This document shows, in pieces, positions 37,487-47,413 of a stretch of DNA of 64,000 bases. The stretch spans positions 128,001 through 192,000 of the forward strand of contig CAXXXF010000018.1 in the NCBI GenBank assembly GCA_963667175.2, in the 5' to 3' direction. The notes under the pieces are model-generated. The model had not been told where the DNA came from and did not search any database. It worked only from the letters and a program-made list of their open reading frames with translations. Origin of the DNA: Candidatus Latescibacterota bacterium. GTDB lineage: Bacteria; Latescibacterota; UBA2968; GCA-2709665. Position 1 is the stretch's first letter, and each line of letters begins with the position of its first letter. Both the position numbers and the translations under genes were made by a program.

Positions 37487-39112
37487 ATGGGTACGATATC
37501 TCACGACGGGAAACGGAAGGAGCTTGCAGCCGGCAGGACGATCTTCGACTATGCGGATGAACTGGCGGTCCAGGTGCCCACGTCGTGCGGACGCACCGGG
37601 CACTGTCACGAGTGCGTGGTTGAAATCAGGCGCGGAATGGACGCGTTGCGGCCACGGAACGAGGTGGAGTCGTTCCTGCGAGAGCATTACCGTCTCGCGT
37701 GCCAGGCGGTGGTCGAAGACGACCGGGCCGATATCGAATTCTCGCCATTGAGACGTAAGCCCAAGATTCTATCCGCCACATTGGAAAAGTCGGTCGATCC
37801 GGACCCCCTGGTCACGCGCCGGGGGGACATAGTATATTATGACGGCGTCGCCGTCGACACGTATCGGGGCCGCCTTTACGGCATCGCGGTCGATCTGGGC
37901 ACGACAACGGTGGTGATGGATCTCGTGGACCTGGAAACGGGTGAGAGCGTCCACGTGAGTTCGTTTGAGAACCCGCAGCGTTTCGGCGGCAGCGACGTGA
38001 TGCACCGCATCTCCTACGACGGGCAGTTTCAGGGCGAACTGCGGAAGGCGGTCGTCAATGCGATCAATCACGAAATTTTCGAATTGGGAAAACGTCTGGG
38101 GTTTGCCCGCCAGGAGATCTACGAGGTGGTTGTGGCGGGAAACTCCACGATGCGGGACCTCTTCTTCAGGCTGGACGTGCAGAGCATCGGCCAGAGACCG
38201 TACAAATCCCAGGTGGAACGCGCCTGTCTCGACGGCGAGCGCGAGACGACCTCCCTGCTGGAGAGTTCCCGGCGCCTCGGCGTACGCGTCAATCCCAGGG
38301 CGAAGGTCTACGGAATGCCGCTGATCGCGAGCCACGTGGGGGCGGATACCGCGGCCGACCTCGTGGCAATGGACCTGGCGTCTCAGGATGGTGTGATGAT
38401 GCTGGTGGACGTGGGGACCAATACCGAGGTGGTCGTGGGAAGTCCCGGCCGGCTGCTCACCGCCTCTTGTCCGGCCGGGCCCGCGTTCGAGGGCGGACTG
38501 ATCCGGTACGGGATGCCCGGTCATGAAGGCGCCATCGAGTCGATCCGACTGACCGACGACGGCTTCGAATACCAGACAATCGGACGCCGCGAACCGGAGG
38601 GAATATGCGGGTCCGGGCTGATCGATCTGCTCGCGGAACTCCGGCGGCACGGCCGCATGGCGCCCAAGGGCATGTTTGCCGGCAGGTCGTACGAGGTGCC
38701 GGTCGTTCCCGAATACGGAATCTCATTGTCCCGTGAAGACGCCAGCAACCTGGCCCAGGCCAAAGCGGCGAATTACTGCGGCCAGTTCATCCTGATGCGG
38801 CACCTTGGGATCGGACCGGAAGATATCGACACGCTCTACCTGGCCGGCGGATTCGCGAATTACGTGAACGTACGGAATGCCATCGAGATCGGGTTTCTGG
38901 CGCCGATCCACGAAGACCGGGTCGTTAAGATCGGGAACGCCGCGGTCCAGGGAGCGCGCGAGGTGCTGCTTTCGCGCGAAAAACGGGCGTCCGTGGAAGC
39001 GCTGGTGAAGCAGATCGAACACATCGAGCTCGAGACGACGCCGGACTTCTTCGAAGTATTCGTGGAGGGCTGTCAGTTCAAGCCCATGCCTTTCGCACTA
39101 CTTGACCCGTGA
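37487..39112 (+). CDS. ASKHA-type ATP-dependent corrinoid reductive activator (RACo/RamA-like) with [2Fe-2S] domain
   Basis: SCGRTGHCHEC...RLACQ ferredoxin; DLGTTTV, GSDVMHRI, DVGTNTE, AGPAFEG, GICGSG, LAGGFA, IGNAA. Confidence 0.93.
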   Translation: MGTISHDGKRKELAAGRTIFDYADELAVQVPTSCGRTGHCHECVVEIRRGMDALRPRNEVESFLREHYRLACQAVVEDDRADIEFSPLRRKPKILSATLEKSVDPDPLVTRRGDIVYYDGVAVDTYRGRLYGIAVDLGTTTVVMDLVDLETGESVHVSSFENPQRFGGSDVMHRISYDGQFQGELRKAVVNAINHEIFELGKRLGFARQEIYEVVVAGNSTMRDLFFRLDVQSIGQRPYKSQVERACLDGERETTSLLESSRRLGVRVNPRAKVYGMPLIASHVGADTAADLVAMDLASQDGVMMLVDVGTNTEVVVGSPGRLLTASCPAGPAFEGGLIRYGMPGHEGAIESIRLTDDGFEYQTIGRREPEGICGSGLIDLLAELRRHGRMAPKGMFAGRSYEVPVVPEYGISLSREDASNLAQAKAANYCGQFILMRHLGIGPEDIDTLYLAGGFANYVNVRNAIEIGFLAPIHEDRVVKIGNAAVQGAREVLLSREKRASVEALVKQIEHIELETTPDFFEVFVEGCQFKPMPFALLDP

Positions 39113-39148
39113 GTCAGAATCACCACCATCCCTTAACGTCCCGTAGAG

Positions 39149-39297
39149 GCGGTAAGACGTGAGCCGGGAGACGGTAGAGGATGACTGTTACCACAGCGTT
39201 TCCACGTAAACCGTTCCTGTTTCTTTACCGCTATCATAACGACAAGAAAAACCAGATGGCACTCATGTCTTCTCGCCTCTACCATCTTACTCACCGC
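39149..39297. repeat. Second copy of the dispersed element at 18027-18177
   Basis: Colinear gagacggtagagga...ttaccaca...cctgttt...taacgacaa...; terminal inverted arms gcggtaag/tcaccgc. Confidence 0.75.
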
Positions 39298-39379
39298 TTT
39301 TACGGGGGTAGAGGTCTGCTCCAATTCCGACCCTTCCTCATCGCGGCGCACAAGTCAAAGGATCGGATTTTGATTTAGG

Positions 39380-39442
39380 CTGACTGCTGATCACTGACTG
39401 CTGTTATCTGTTGTCTCCCTTTGCGTCTTCGTGTCTTTGTGT
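39380..39442 (+). repeat. Heptamer and octamer tandem repeats
   Basis: ctgactg ctgatca ctgactg ctgttat ctgttgt, then ctttgcgt cttcgtgt ctttgtgt. Confidence 0.6.
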
Positions 39443-39468
39443 GAGTTGATCTTTCTTGGATTAAACTG

Positions 39469-41070
39469 ATGGCGGTAACTTCCGAAAAGTCCAATCCGTC
39501 GCGCGGTGATGGGGCGAACCGTTCCCTGCGGCATCTGCTCGAGGAAACGGACGAGTTCGTCGTGTGCGTGGAACTGGTCAATTCCCGCGGGGTGATCACC
39601 GAGCGCCGCGGACGGCACGTACTGGATCTCGCGCGGGCGCTTGCCGACCATCCGGGCGTGCACGCGCTGAGCATCACCGACAATCCGGGCGGAAACGCCA
39701 CGAACAGTCCGGACACGATGGGGATCGACCTGCTGAGCCGGGGACAGGAGGTGATCATCCACGTTTCGTGCAAGGACTGGAACCGGAATGCGCTGCTGAG
39801 CAGGGGCTGGGAACTGGCGAGCGAAGGATTCGAAAACGTGCTGGCGTTGTCGGGCGACTATCCCGCGGGCGGATACCGCGGGCAGGCGGACGGCGTGTTC
39901 GATACCGATTCGGTGGGTCTGCTGAAGATGTTCTCGGAGATGAATTCGGGGTTGCGCCTCGAGGGCGGCAGGAGCGATCAGGTCTTGAAGCCCACACAAT
40001 TCTTCCCGGGCGCGGTGGTCAACAACCACAAGAAGCATGAACGCGAGGTGATGCCGCAGTATTTCAAGCTGGCCAGGAAGGTGGAAAGCGGCGCTGGTTT
40101 CATCATCAACCAGATCGGTTACGACGCCCGCAAACAGGACGAGTTGCTGAAGTACATGGCCCTTCACGGTCTCCGAACGCCCGTGCTGGCCAACGTCTAC
40201 GTGCTCAGCCCCGCGGCAGCCAGGTTTTTTCACGCGGACAACATTCCAGGGGTGATCGTAACCGACGAGTTGCTTGCGCTGTCGCAGAGGCATGCCCGTT
40301 CGCGCGACAGGGGCAAGGCGTTCTTCCTGGAATTCGCCGCCAGGCAGTGCGCCATAGCCAGAGGACTGGGACATCGCGGCGTCTACCTGGGCGGACACCT
40401 GAAGTTTGAGGACTACGTGCGAATCCTGGAGATTCTTGGCGAATACGGAGACAAGGACTGGAAGGACTTTGTGGATGGGTTTCTCTTCCAGCAGCCCGGG
40501 GAGTTCTTCTTCTTCGAACCCGATACGGAAACGGGGCTCAGTTCGAACGAGGTCAACCGCAAATACCGACATTCGAAGCATCCCGACGTCTTGCGGGCCG
40601 CCCGGAGCCGGACGTCCGCGGGGTACCGGTTCAACCGCTTCGTGCACGAACAGGTTTTCGAAAAGGGCAAGCCGGCTTTTCGTCTCGGCAAGAAGATCTT
40701 CGAGGCCGTGGACGGCGCCGGAAGCGGCGTCCGGAGGGCCGCGCATGGCGCGGAACAGGCGGTGAAGATCCTGGGCTTCGACTGCCGGGACTGCGGCGAC
40801 TGTTCGCTGCCGGATATCGCGTTCCTCTGTCCCGAGTCGCAGTGCGTCAAGAACCAGCGAAACGGACCCTGCGGCGGGACGCGCCGAGGTCGGTGTGAAG
40901 TGGGAGAAAAAGAATGCATCTGGTCGCTGGCCTACGAACGGCTGAAGGCATACGGAGAGGAAGAAAAGATGCTGGAAAGGCCTGTGGTGTTCAAGGACGG
41001 CGCATTGAAAGGCACGAGCGCCTGGGCCAATGCATTCCTCGAGCGGGACCACCGCGCACGGACGAGATGA
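39469..41070 (+). CDS. metF: Methylenetetrahydrofolate reductase (MetF) fused to a C-terminal MetV-like Cys-rich domain
   Basis: SITDNPGG, IHVSCKDWNR, ALSGD, KVESGAGFIINQ; CRDCGDC...CPESQCVKNQRNGPCGG...CEV...CIW. Confidence 0.88.
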   Translation: MAVTSEKSNPSRGDGANRSLRHLLEETDEFVVCVELVNSRGVITERRGRHVLDLARALADHPGVHALSITDNPGGNATNSPDTMGIDLLSRGQEVIIHVSCKDWNRNALLSRGWELASEGFENVLALSGDYPAGGYRGQADGVFDTDSVGLLKMFSEMNSGLRLEGGRSDQVLKPTQFFPGAVVNNHKKHEREVMPQYFKLARKVESGAGFIINQIGYDARKQDELLKYMALHGLRTPVLANVYVLSPAAARFFHADNIPGVIVTDELLALSQRHARSRDRGKAFFLEFAARQCAIARGLGHRGVYLGGHLKFEDYVRILEILGEYGDKDWKDFVDGFLFQQPGEFFFFEPDTETGLSSNEVNRKYRHSKHPDVLRAARSRTSAGYRFNRFVHEQVFEKGKPAFRLGKKIFEAVDGAGSGVRRAAHGAEQAVKILGFDCRDCGDCSLPDIAFLCPESQCVKNQRNGPCGGTRRGRCEVGEKECIWSLAYERLKAYGEEEKMLERPVVFKDGALKGTSAWANAFLERDHRARTR

Positions 41071-41080
41071 GGGGAACGCC

Positions 41081-42127
41081 ATGAAATTGAATGGCAGGGC
41101 CGGCGAATTTGTCGTCATCGGCGAAAACATCCATACCACACGCGTTGTCCTGAGGAAAGGTCGGCTCGTCGTGAAGAAAACCGGGGGAGGGGAGGCGGTC
41201 CGTTTCTTCGATACCCGGAAGCGACGTCGCTTTCTTGCCATTCCGGACGATATCCGGCAGACGCAGGACTACGAGGAGGGTCGGGTCAAATACGTCAAGA
41301 TTGCGGTTCAGGCGGCGATGTCCGGCCAGACGCCCCAGGCCGAAGACGGGCTGGCGTATCTGCACCGGATGGTTCAGCGACAGGTGGACGCGGGAGCGGA
41401 CTATCTGGATCTGAACGTGGACGAAGTCTCGTTACGCCTTGAGGAGCAGAAGAAAGCCATGCGGTGGCTGGTGGGCGTCGTGCAGAAGATAAGTCGGATT
41501 CCGATATCTGTGGACTCCTCCAACGTGGAAACGATCGGGGACGGCCTCACGGCCTGCGACGGCCGGGCCGGTCGGCCGCTGCTGAATTCGGCCTCGCTGG
41601 AGCGCCTCGAGGCGCTGGACCTGGCCGTGAGGTTCAACGCCCGGGTTGTCGTGACTGCCGCTGGCGAAAGCGGGATGCCGCAGGACGCCGCGGAACGCGT
41701 CGCGAATGCGTCCCGCATGGTCGAGGCGGCGCTGTCCAGGGGAATCGCGATCGAGGATATTTTCGTGGATGCCCTGGTCTTTCCGATTTCCGTGGACGTG
41801 GGATTCGGCAACCACTGCTTCGAGGCCATCCGGACGCTACGGGCGAATTTCGGCCCCGCGATTCACGTGACGGGCGGATTCAGCAACGTTTCTTTCGGGC
41901 TGCCGTGCCGGCGTCTCATCAACGACGTGTTTACGATTCAGGCCGTCGAGGCCGGGGCGGACAGCGGGATCGTCGACCCGGCCACCAGCAGCCCGCAGCG
42001 CGTTTTCTCCATGGACCGGGAGACGGAACCCTACCGGCTTGCGGAAGATATGCTTCTGGGTCGGGATCCCATGTGCAAAAACTACCTGCGCGCGTATCGA
42101 AAGGGTACGCTGGACGCTTACCGTTAA
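41081..42127 (+). CDS. Pterin-binding methyltetrahydrofolate:corrinoid methyltransferase (AcsE/MetH pterin domain-like)
   Basis: VIGENIH, GADYLDLNVD, SVDSS, LLNSAS, FVDALVFP, GFSNVSFGLP. Confidence 0.9.
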   Translation: MKLNGRAGEFVVIGENIHTTRVVLRKGRLVVKKTGGGEAVRFFDTRKRRRFLAIPDDIRQTQDYEEGRVKYVKIAVQAAMSGQTPQAEDGLAYLHRMVQRQVDAGADYLDLNVDEVSLRLEEQKKAMRWLVGVVQKISRIPISVDSSNVETIGDGLTACDGRAGRPLLNSASLERLEALDLAVRFNARVVVTAAGESGMPQDAAERVANASRMVEAALSRGIAIEDIFVDALVFPISVDVGFGNHCFEAIRTLRANFGPAIHVTGGFSNVSFGLPCRRLINDVFTIQAVEAGADSGIVDPATSSPQRVFSMDRETEPYRLAEDMLLGRDPMCKNYLRAYRKGTLDAYR

Positions 42128-42152
42128 CGAATCGGGGAGGATCCAGGAGGAG

Positions 42153-43214
42153 ATGAAGACATTTTTCGAGAGGCTGGAAGATCCCATCCCGATGGTTTAC
42201 GACGGAGGATTCGGTTCGGAGCTGTTCAAAGGGCATATCGAACTGACGAACAGCGCGCTCGCAAATGAACTGCATCCGGATGCGGTGGTCGAAATCCACT
42301 CCGCCTATATCGCGGCGGGAACCGACGTCATCGGGACCAATACTTTCGTGGCGTCGCCACTGCACCTGGAAATGGCGGGCAAGGCGGAGAACCAGGCCGG
42401 GAAAATTGCGCGGCTGGCCGTGGAACACGCGAGAACAGCAGTCGAAAAAAGCGGCGGGAAGGTCTATATTGCAGGCTCCGTCGGTCCGTCGCCGGGCGCT
42501 ATCGAGTCGGACGCGGGCGATACCGTGTTCGGCATTGCGGACAAGAAGGCGAGGGCGGCGCACGAGCGGGTCATCTATACGCTCGCCGAGGCCGGCGTGG
42601 AGCTGATCTGTATCGAGACCATGTTTTCCGCGAAAGAGGCAGCCATTGCGGCGGACGTTGCCAGGAAGACCGGGTTGCCCGTCGCAATCAATCTGACCTG
42701 CAAATACACGAAAGACCGGAAGACGGGCGAGATGGTCTACCGGACGGACTGGGGGCATTCAGCGGAGGACCTGCTGGATTTTCTGAGTTCCGGAGAGTTT
42801 TCAGGCGGAGACAATCTGCTGGAACACGTGCAAATCATCGGGATGAACTGCGGCGCCGAGACGCGGCGGCTTGAACATACCGGGATGCCTTACGCAATCA
42901 ACGGGATGCGGCAGTTCACGGATGCAATGTCTGCGAGGGGCATCAACGGGATCCGGTTGATGGCCTATCCCAATGCGGGGCTTCCGCAGCTGGAAAGAAA
43001 GACGGGACGGACGACGTATTCGCAGACCGAGGAGGATATGGCGCATTGTGTCCCCGATCTGATCGACGCGGGCGCTTTCATCGTCGGCGGGTGTTGCGGG
43101 ACGGGGCCGTCGCATATCCGCGCTTTTCGCGGAATCTTGAACGGCGGAGCGGCCAATGACGGACACGCCGGGAATGCGGCCGGCGCCCGCGAACAGACAA
43201 GAGCGCCGGACTGA
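42153..43214 (+). CDS. Homocysteine S-methyltransferase family protein (stand-alone MetH Hcy domain)
   Basis: YDGGFGSEL, TNTF, AGSVGP, IETM, GMNCG, YPNAGLP, GGCCGT. Confidence 0.92.
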   Translation: MKTFFERLEDPIPMVYDGGFGSELFKGHIELTNSALANELHPDAVVEIHSAYIAAGTDVIGTNTFVASPLHLEMAGKAENQAGKIARLAVEHARTAVEKSGGKVYIAGSVGPSPGAIESDAGDTVFGIADKKARAAHERVIYTLAEAGVELICIETMFSAKEAAIAADVARKTGLPVAINLTCKYTKDRKTGEMVYRTDWGHSAEDLLDFLSSGEFSGGDNLLEHVQIIGMNCGAETRRLEHTGMPYAINGMRQFTDAMSARGINGIRLMAYPNAGLPQLERKTGRTTYSQTEEDMAHCVPDLIDAGAFIVGGCCGTGPSHIRAFRGILNGGAANDGHAGNAAGAREQTRAPD

Positions 43215-43235
43215 CGGAGCGCGAAAGGGCGACAG

Positions 43236-43502
43236 GTGGCCGAGTACCAGGTCCTCTACTGGAAGGATATTCCCGCGCAGGTGCGGGTTTTCGACGGGAA
43301 GCGGCGGGTTTCGCGGCAGATGCCCCCGGAATTTCAGGAGGCGATAGACAGGCGGGCGATGCAGGAGGGGCTGGCGGGAACGGACGCGTACCTGGCGCAT
43401 TGGCAATGGAGCGAGCGTCGGGAACGTCCCGGCGACCCGCAGGTGGTTCTGCGGGCGGTGATGGAGGAACTTGAACTGACGTACGACGAGCAGGAAGGGT
43501 AA
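43236..43502 (+). CDS. Small 'virulence factor' (PF13769-like) protein
   Basis: YWKDIPAQV...FQEAIDRRAM..GLAGTDAYLAHW signature. Confidence 0.8.
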   Translation: MAEYQVLYWKDIPAQVRVFDGKRRVSRQMPPEFQEAIDRRAMQEGLAGTDAYLAHWQWSERRERPGDPQVVLRAVMEELELTYDEQEG

Positions 43503-43539
43503 TTCGCAACGCGCCCGAGAGGTTTCTGGAGGAACGAAG

Positions 43540-43567
43540 AGAGCCGGAGTTTCCGGCTCTGTTTTTT
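43540..43567 (+). terminator. Rho-independent terminator ending the methyltransferase operon
   Basis: agagccgga-gtt-tccggctct-gtttttt. Confidence 0.8.
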
Positions 43568-43588
43568 GTGGGGCAAACGTCGTACTCG

Positions 43589-45172
43589 CTACAACACCCC
43601 TGCCCCCTGAACGGGGGACGCGACCGTGAGTCTTTCCCGGACCCCGCGTGGCTCATAGTACCTGTCGCGCATGGCTTCGATGATATCCTGCACGCCGTCA
43701 GATTCGACCAGGACCATCATGCTTCCGCCCAGGCCGGCGCCGGATATCTGCGCGCCCGCCGCGCCTGCATCCAGGGCAACGTCTACCATCTCATCGATCT
43801 CCGGAATGCTGCAATTGTAGTCGCCCGGTTGAAGGTGAAGGTCTTTTGACGGGTCGAATCGCGGCGCGTCCAGGTCGATGCGGTCGCCGTCGTGCGAAAC
43901 GTTCATCAACTCTCCGTAGAGGTCCACCCGGTTCCGGTTCAGGACGTCCTTGAGATCTCTGCTTCGCGCGGATTCGGCGATTCCGTAGGCAATGACCATC
44001 CGGACGTGGTAGCCGCCGTCCGGTTCATCGTGGGTGGCGAACTGCTGTTCGAGAAACGTCCCTTCGCCCGGTAGCTGGATCAGAAGCCCCCGCCGGTCGA
44101 TCCGTTCCGGCAGGGAATGTATCAGCGCGTAGATCTCAGGTTGGGAGAGGCATTCAACGACGTCGGCGAGGTGAAACTTTTTCTCAACATCCAGGTCCAT
44201 CCTGTCTTCGACAACCCCCCGGATCGCTTTCGGGTGGCGCGCTTCCAGGTAGTTGCGGAGAAAGACCTCTCCGATCTCGTACGTCGCCGTCTTTTCATTG
44301 AATTTCTGTCCGGCCCCGCCGGTCTTGTTGGCCTGGATGCCCGAGTCGAAGATGATGATCTGATAGCCGTCGGGGAACGGCAGATACGCGTCGATCATCA
44401 ACTCCGGGAGGGTCTTCATGTGGGTGATTTTTCCCAACCGGCCGCATTTGATCGCGGCGTGGTCGCCGAAACCGCCGCGTGTCCCCACGTACCATTCCGC
44501 GGCGCCGGCGCACCTCACGAACTGCCCGTCGTCCAGGTCGATCCCGTTGACGCGCGTCATGATCTCCGTCGTCGCGACGACAACCGCGGACGAAGAACTC
44601 AGGCCGCCCATATCGGGAAGGCTGCTGCTCATGACCCCGTCGAATCCGCGCAGTTCCCTGCCAGGATCGCGGGTGTGCAGGTAGGCCGGCGGCGCCTGCA
44701 GTTTCGTGATCCAGTCCTCGTTGACACCGGCGGCCTTGCGTTCGTCTGTTTTTTCCTGCGTCCACGCCAGCCACTCGGCGTCGGAACCGATCGGCGTGTC
44801 CGGGCGGATTTCCGTCAGATGGAAACCGCGGGTTCCATATTCCGGATTCAGATCGTGGACCTCGACCCGGTCGTCGTCTCTTCGGGAAAAACAGATGAGA
44901 ATCTCTTTGTCCAGGGAGATGGGGTTGATGAAGGCGCCCCGGTGGTCGGCGTGCATGCCCACGGTGTTCAATCTGCCCGGCGCCCTGACAAAGCTGACGT
45001 CCCTGTCGCCGAATGTCTTTCTGAATCGGACCGCGATCTCCGACAGGGCGCGCAGGCGTTCTTCAATCAGGCCCTCATTGTCGCCGTAGACGGACTGAAG
45101 GCGGGAGATCAGATCGTCGTCCCTGTCGCGAATCGTCCGGATCCACTCGTGGGCGTTCTTCTGGCCAATCAT
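43589..45172 (-). CDS. Galactokinase-like GHMP anomeric kinase
   Basis: APGRLNTVGMHADH, PDMGGLSSSSA, GAQISGAGLGG. Confidence 0.85.
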   Translation of the reverse strand: MIGQKNAHEWIRTIRDRDDDLISRLQSVYGDNEGLIEERLRALSEIAVRFRKTFGDRDVSFVRAPGRLNTVGMHADHRGAFINPISLDKEILICFSRRDDDRVEVHDLNPEYGTRGFHLTEIRPDTPIGSDAEWLAWTQEKTDERKAAGVNEDWITKLQAPPAYLHTRDPGRELRGFDGVMSSSLPDMGGLSSSSAVVVATTEIMTRVNGIDLDDGQFVRCAGAAEWYVGTRGGFGDHAAIKCGRLGKITHMKTLPELMIDAYLPFPDGYQIIIFDSGIQANKTGGAGQKFNEKTATYEIGEVFLRNYLEARHPKAIRGVVEDRMDLDVEKKFHLADVVECLSQPEIYALIHSLPERIDRRGLLIQLPGEGTFLEQQFATHDEPDGGYHVRMVIAYGIAESARSRDLKDVLNRNRVDLYGELMNVSHDGDRIDLDAPRFDPSKDLHLQPGDYNCSIPEIDEMVDVALDAGAAGAQISGAGLGGSMMVLVESDGVQDIIEAMRDRYYEPRGVRERLTVASPVQGAGVL

Positions 45173-45335
45173 CCGGTTCTCCTCCGGGAATCGGACGCCG
45201 GGAAACCGACGTGATGAGCCGGTTTCAGTATTCGAACGACGCGCCGTTGACGTTGAGCGACGAAAAGAGAAAACGACAACGCTTCCGCTGAATTCGAGAG
45301 GCGTTGTCGTTCTGATAAGCGGACGGGACGGAGAC

Positions 45336-46310
45336 TTACAGCTTGTCCGGATCGAAGATGCCTTTCTGCGTGTCCACGACCCGCTCGGACCTGGTCTTGA
45401 ACATCGTGCCGGCCGGATAATAGCCGGCCTTGACGTAGGCGAGGCCGTATGAGATGCACATGGGCCCCAGCAATGTGCCGGGATCGGTAAGAGACTCGCA
45501 GGCCAGCTGTGTCCTGTCGCCGAGAACGACGCCCATTTTGGAACCGCCCAGGTCGTACCACGTGTCGTTGATTTCGACCTTCAGATTGACGCGTTTGTCG
45601 CGCTCACGGACGCCCTGGATGATGCCCAGGTTGGCGGCCGTGGCCTGGTTCCCGAAGTGGGTGGCATACCCGCAGAGGCTGTCCCCGAGATACGATGGAT
45701 GGGGGAAGTTGGCCTCGTCGAGCATGAGGACGTTCTTGATCTCCCCCCGGATGGCGTTGTCGCCCTGTTTCTTGTGGCCGCCCAGGATGATATTGCCCCG
45801 GAGATAGGCGCCCTGGCGGATTTCGTTATTCGGTCCGATGATGGTGGGGCCCTTGACGCCGGCCGTGGGCTCCACAACGGCGCCTTCGCCTACGTAGACG
45901 TCGCCGCCGTCCAGGTAGAGGACGGCGCCGACCACCTTTGCGTCTCTTGCGACGTAGAGCGTGTGGCCCTCGCCGTCGAGCGACCCGTGTACGAAGAGCG
46001 GTTCGCAAACGGCGCCGGGCTCGACCAGCACGGTGTAGTTCCCGATTCCGGACAGGCCCGTCCGTTCCTCCACGCCTTCTGCAGAACCGATCTTCTCCGC
46101 CAGCCATTCCGTGGCGTATCTTTCGATTCCGTCTTTGCCGATAAGGTCGACGACGGACCTGGCGCCGTCGACCAGCGCCCGGTGCTCAAACGGGTATCTG
46201 TCGAGGTCGAAGAAGTTGGACGGTCTCAACTCACCGGGGACCTCGTCCGCCGCCAGTTCGGTTACAATGACCGGATCGTCCTTCGCGCCGGTTCCGTTAA
46301 TGGCCATCAC
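45336..46310 (-). CDS. Stand-alone left-handed beta-helix (GlmU C-terminal-like) acyltransferase
   Basis: IRQGAYLRGN, EIKN, PHPSYLGDS, TAANL, KMGVVLGD; no nucleotidyltransferase domain. Confidence 0.8.
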   Translation of the reverse strand: MMAINGTGAKDDPVIVTELAADEVPGELRPSNFFDLDRYPFEHRALVDGARSVVDLIGKDGIERYATEWLAEKIGSAEGVEERTGLSGIGNYTVLVEPGAVCEPLFVHGSLDGEGHTLYVARDAKVVGAVLYLDGGDVYVGEGAVVEPTAGVKGPTIIGPNNEIRQGAYLRGNIILGGHKKQGDNAIRGEIKNVLMLDEANFPHPSYLGDSLCGYATHFGNQATAANLGIIQGVRERDKRVNLKVEINDTWYDLGGSKMGVVLGDRTQLACESLTDPGTLLGPMCISYGLAYVKAGYYPAGTMFKTRSERVVDTQKGIFDPDKL

Positions 46311-47258
46311 CTATTCCTTTCTGCTTTCCGCGATTTTCTCGAGCGTCTGGTCGTGCAGGGCCTGCGTCCGGCTGACCAGAACGTCGAAGACGGTCTCGTA
46401 ATCTTCCGTGGGCTTCGGCGCCGCGTTTCCGTCGAAGTCGGTGACGATCAGTCCGGCTTCTTCCGCGATCGCAATCCCGGAAAAGACGTCGACGTAAGGC
46501 TGTTGCCTGGCAAAATAGACGTCGATCTGCCCAGCCGCCGCCTCCGCAAAGGCGTACGGGCCGCCGTTGGGGTGCAGCATTTTGAAGGCATCGATAACCG
46601 GCCGGTATTCGTCGATCAGCGGCATGAGGAATTTGCCCGGCTTCAGGAGGTACGATTCGACACAGGCGTCACCCACGTCGTCAGCGGGCTCCCCGTGCCG
46701 TTCCCTGCGGTAGCTTTCATTAAGACGCTCCACGCCGGTCAGCGCGTTTCCGTCCAGTTTGGCCATAAAGGCGCCGTTGCCGTTGGCAAACGCCAGGTCT
46801 CTGTTGAAGACGTCGCCGGTGACGGAGACGAGGTGATCGAAACTTGCATTGAAGAGTGCCAGAGAACTGTATTGCATGAACGGCAGCCCTCGCTTGTACA
46901 ACCAGCTGCCGTCGAACGGATCGGAGACGCCATAGATTTTGTCGCCTTCCTTGCCGCCGGTCAGATCCACCATACCTGCTTCTTCGGAGAGCAGCACGAC
47001 AGGATGGGCGCTTTCTTTAAGCCGTCCGATATATGCCCCTTCCGCGGCTTCGTCCACACCGAAGATCTCGGCGTCCCAATCCTTGTAGTCGCCTTCCCGG
47101 GTCCGGATGACCATGGCGCCGCTGGCCTCGCCCTGCAGATCCTGCAGGATGTCCAGGGTTTCCGCCACGATGGCCAGGCCGAGCGCCGAGAGGTCGTCAA
47201 CATTATCTGTTCTACTGAAGTTGCCGATTCTGCTTTCGAATACCTGATCTTCACCCAT
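46311..47258 (-). CDS. Inositol monophosphatase / FBPase-like phosphatase
   Basis: LSEE, SDPFDGS, DVFSGIAIAEEAGLIVTDFDG. Confidence 0.85.
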   Translation of the reverse strand: MGEDQVFESRIGNFSRTDNVDDLSALGLAIVAETLDILQDLQGEASGAMVIRTREGDYKDWDAEIFGVDEAAEGAYIGRLKESAHPVVLLSEEAGMVDLTGGKEGDKIYGVSDPFDGSWLYKRGLPFMQYSSLALFNASFDHLVSVTGDVFNRDLAFANGNGAFMAKLDGNALTGVERLNESYRRERHGEPADDVGDACVESYLLKPGKFLMPLIDEYRPVIDAFKMLHPNGGPYAFAEAAAGQIDVYFARQQPYVDVFSGIAIAEEAGLIVTDFDGNAAPKPTEDYETVFDVLVSRTQALHDQTLEKIAESRKE

Positions 47259-47344
47259 TCGAAATTCCTTCCGCCTGAAGTGATGTAACTTTCTGTTTTT
47301 AAGGGGCTAATGTACGACAACAGTGGAAAGTTCAACAAATATTG

Positions 47345-47373
47345 ATTATACCATATTCCCTTCATGATGTCAA
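47345..47373 (-). promoter_or_regulatory. Perfect consensus sigma70 promoter for the IMPase-LbH-kinase genes
   Basis: Minus strand TTGACA-N17-TATAAT with extended TG. Confidence 0.85.
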
Positions 47374-47384
47374 GACAAAACATA

Positions 47385-47413
47385 TTGCGGAATCTCCGGC
47401 CGGATGGTATCCT
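47385..47413 (+). promoter_or_regulatory. Divergent promoter for nagA
   Basis: TTGCGG-N17-TATCCT with extended TG. Confidence 0.55.

Noticed and set aside
39391-41241. 616-aa minus-strand ORF, and similar long ORFs at 45657-47288, 51029-52819, 56202-57905 and 61993-63648
   Set aside because: Antisense shadows of better-supported genes in high-GC DNA, with no motifs
43236-43502. True virulence gene
   Set aside because: The family name is historical; context points to a corrinoid or methionine accessory role
34392-43502. Wood-Ljungdahl pathway or methanogenesis cluster
   Set aside because: No acsB/C/D, CODH or mcr genes in the window; only methyl-transfer modules
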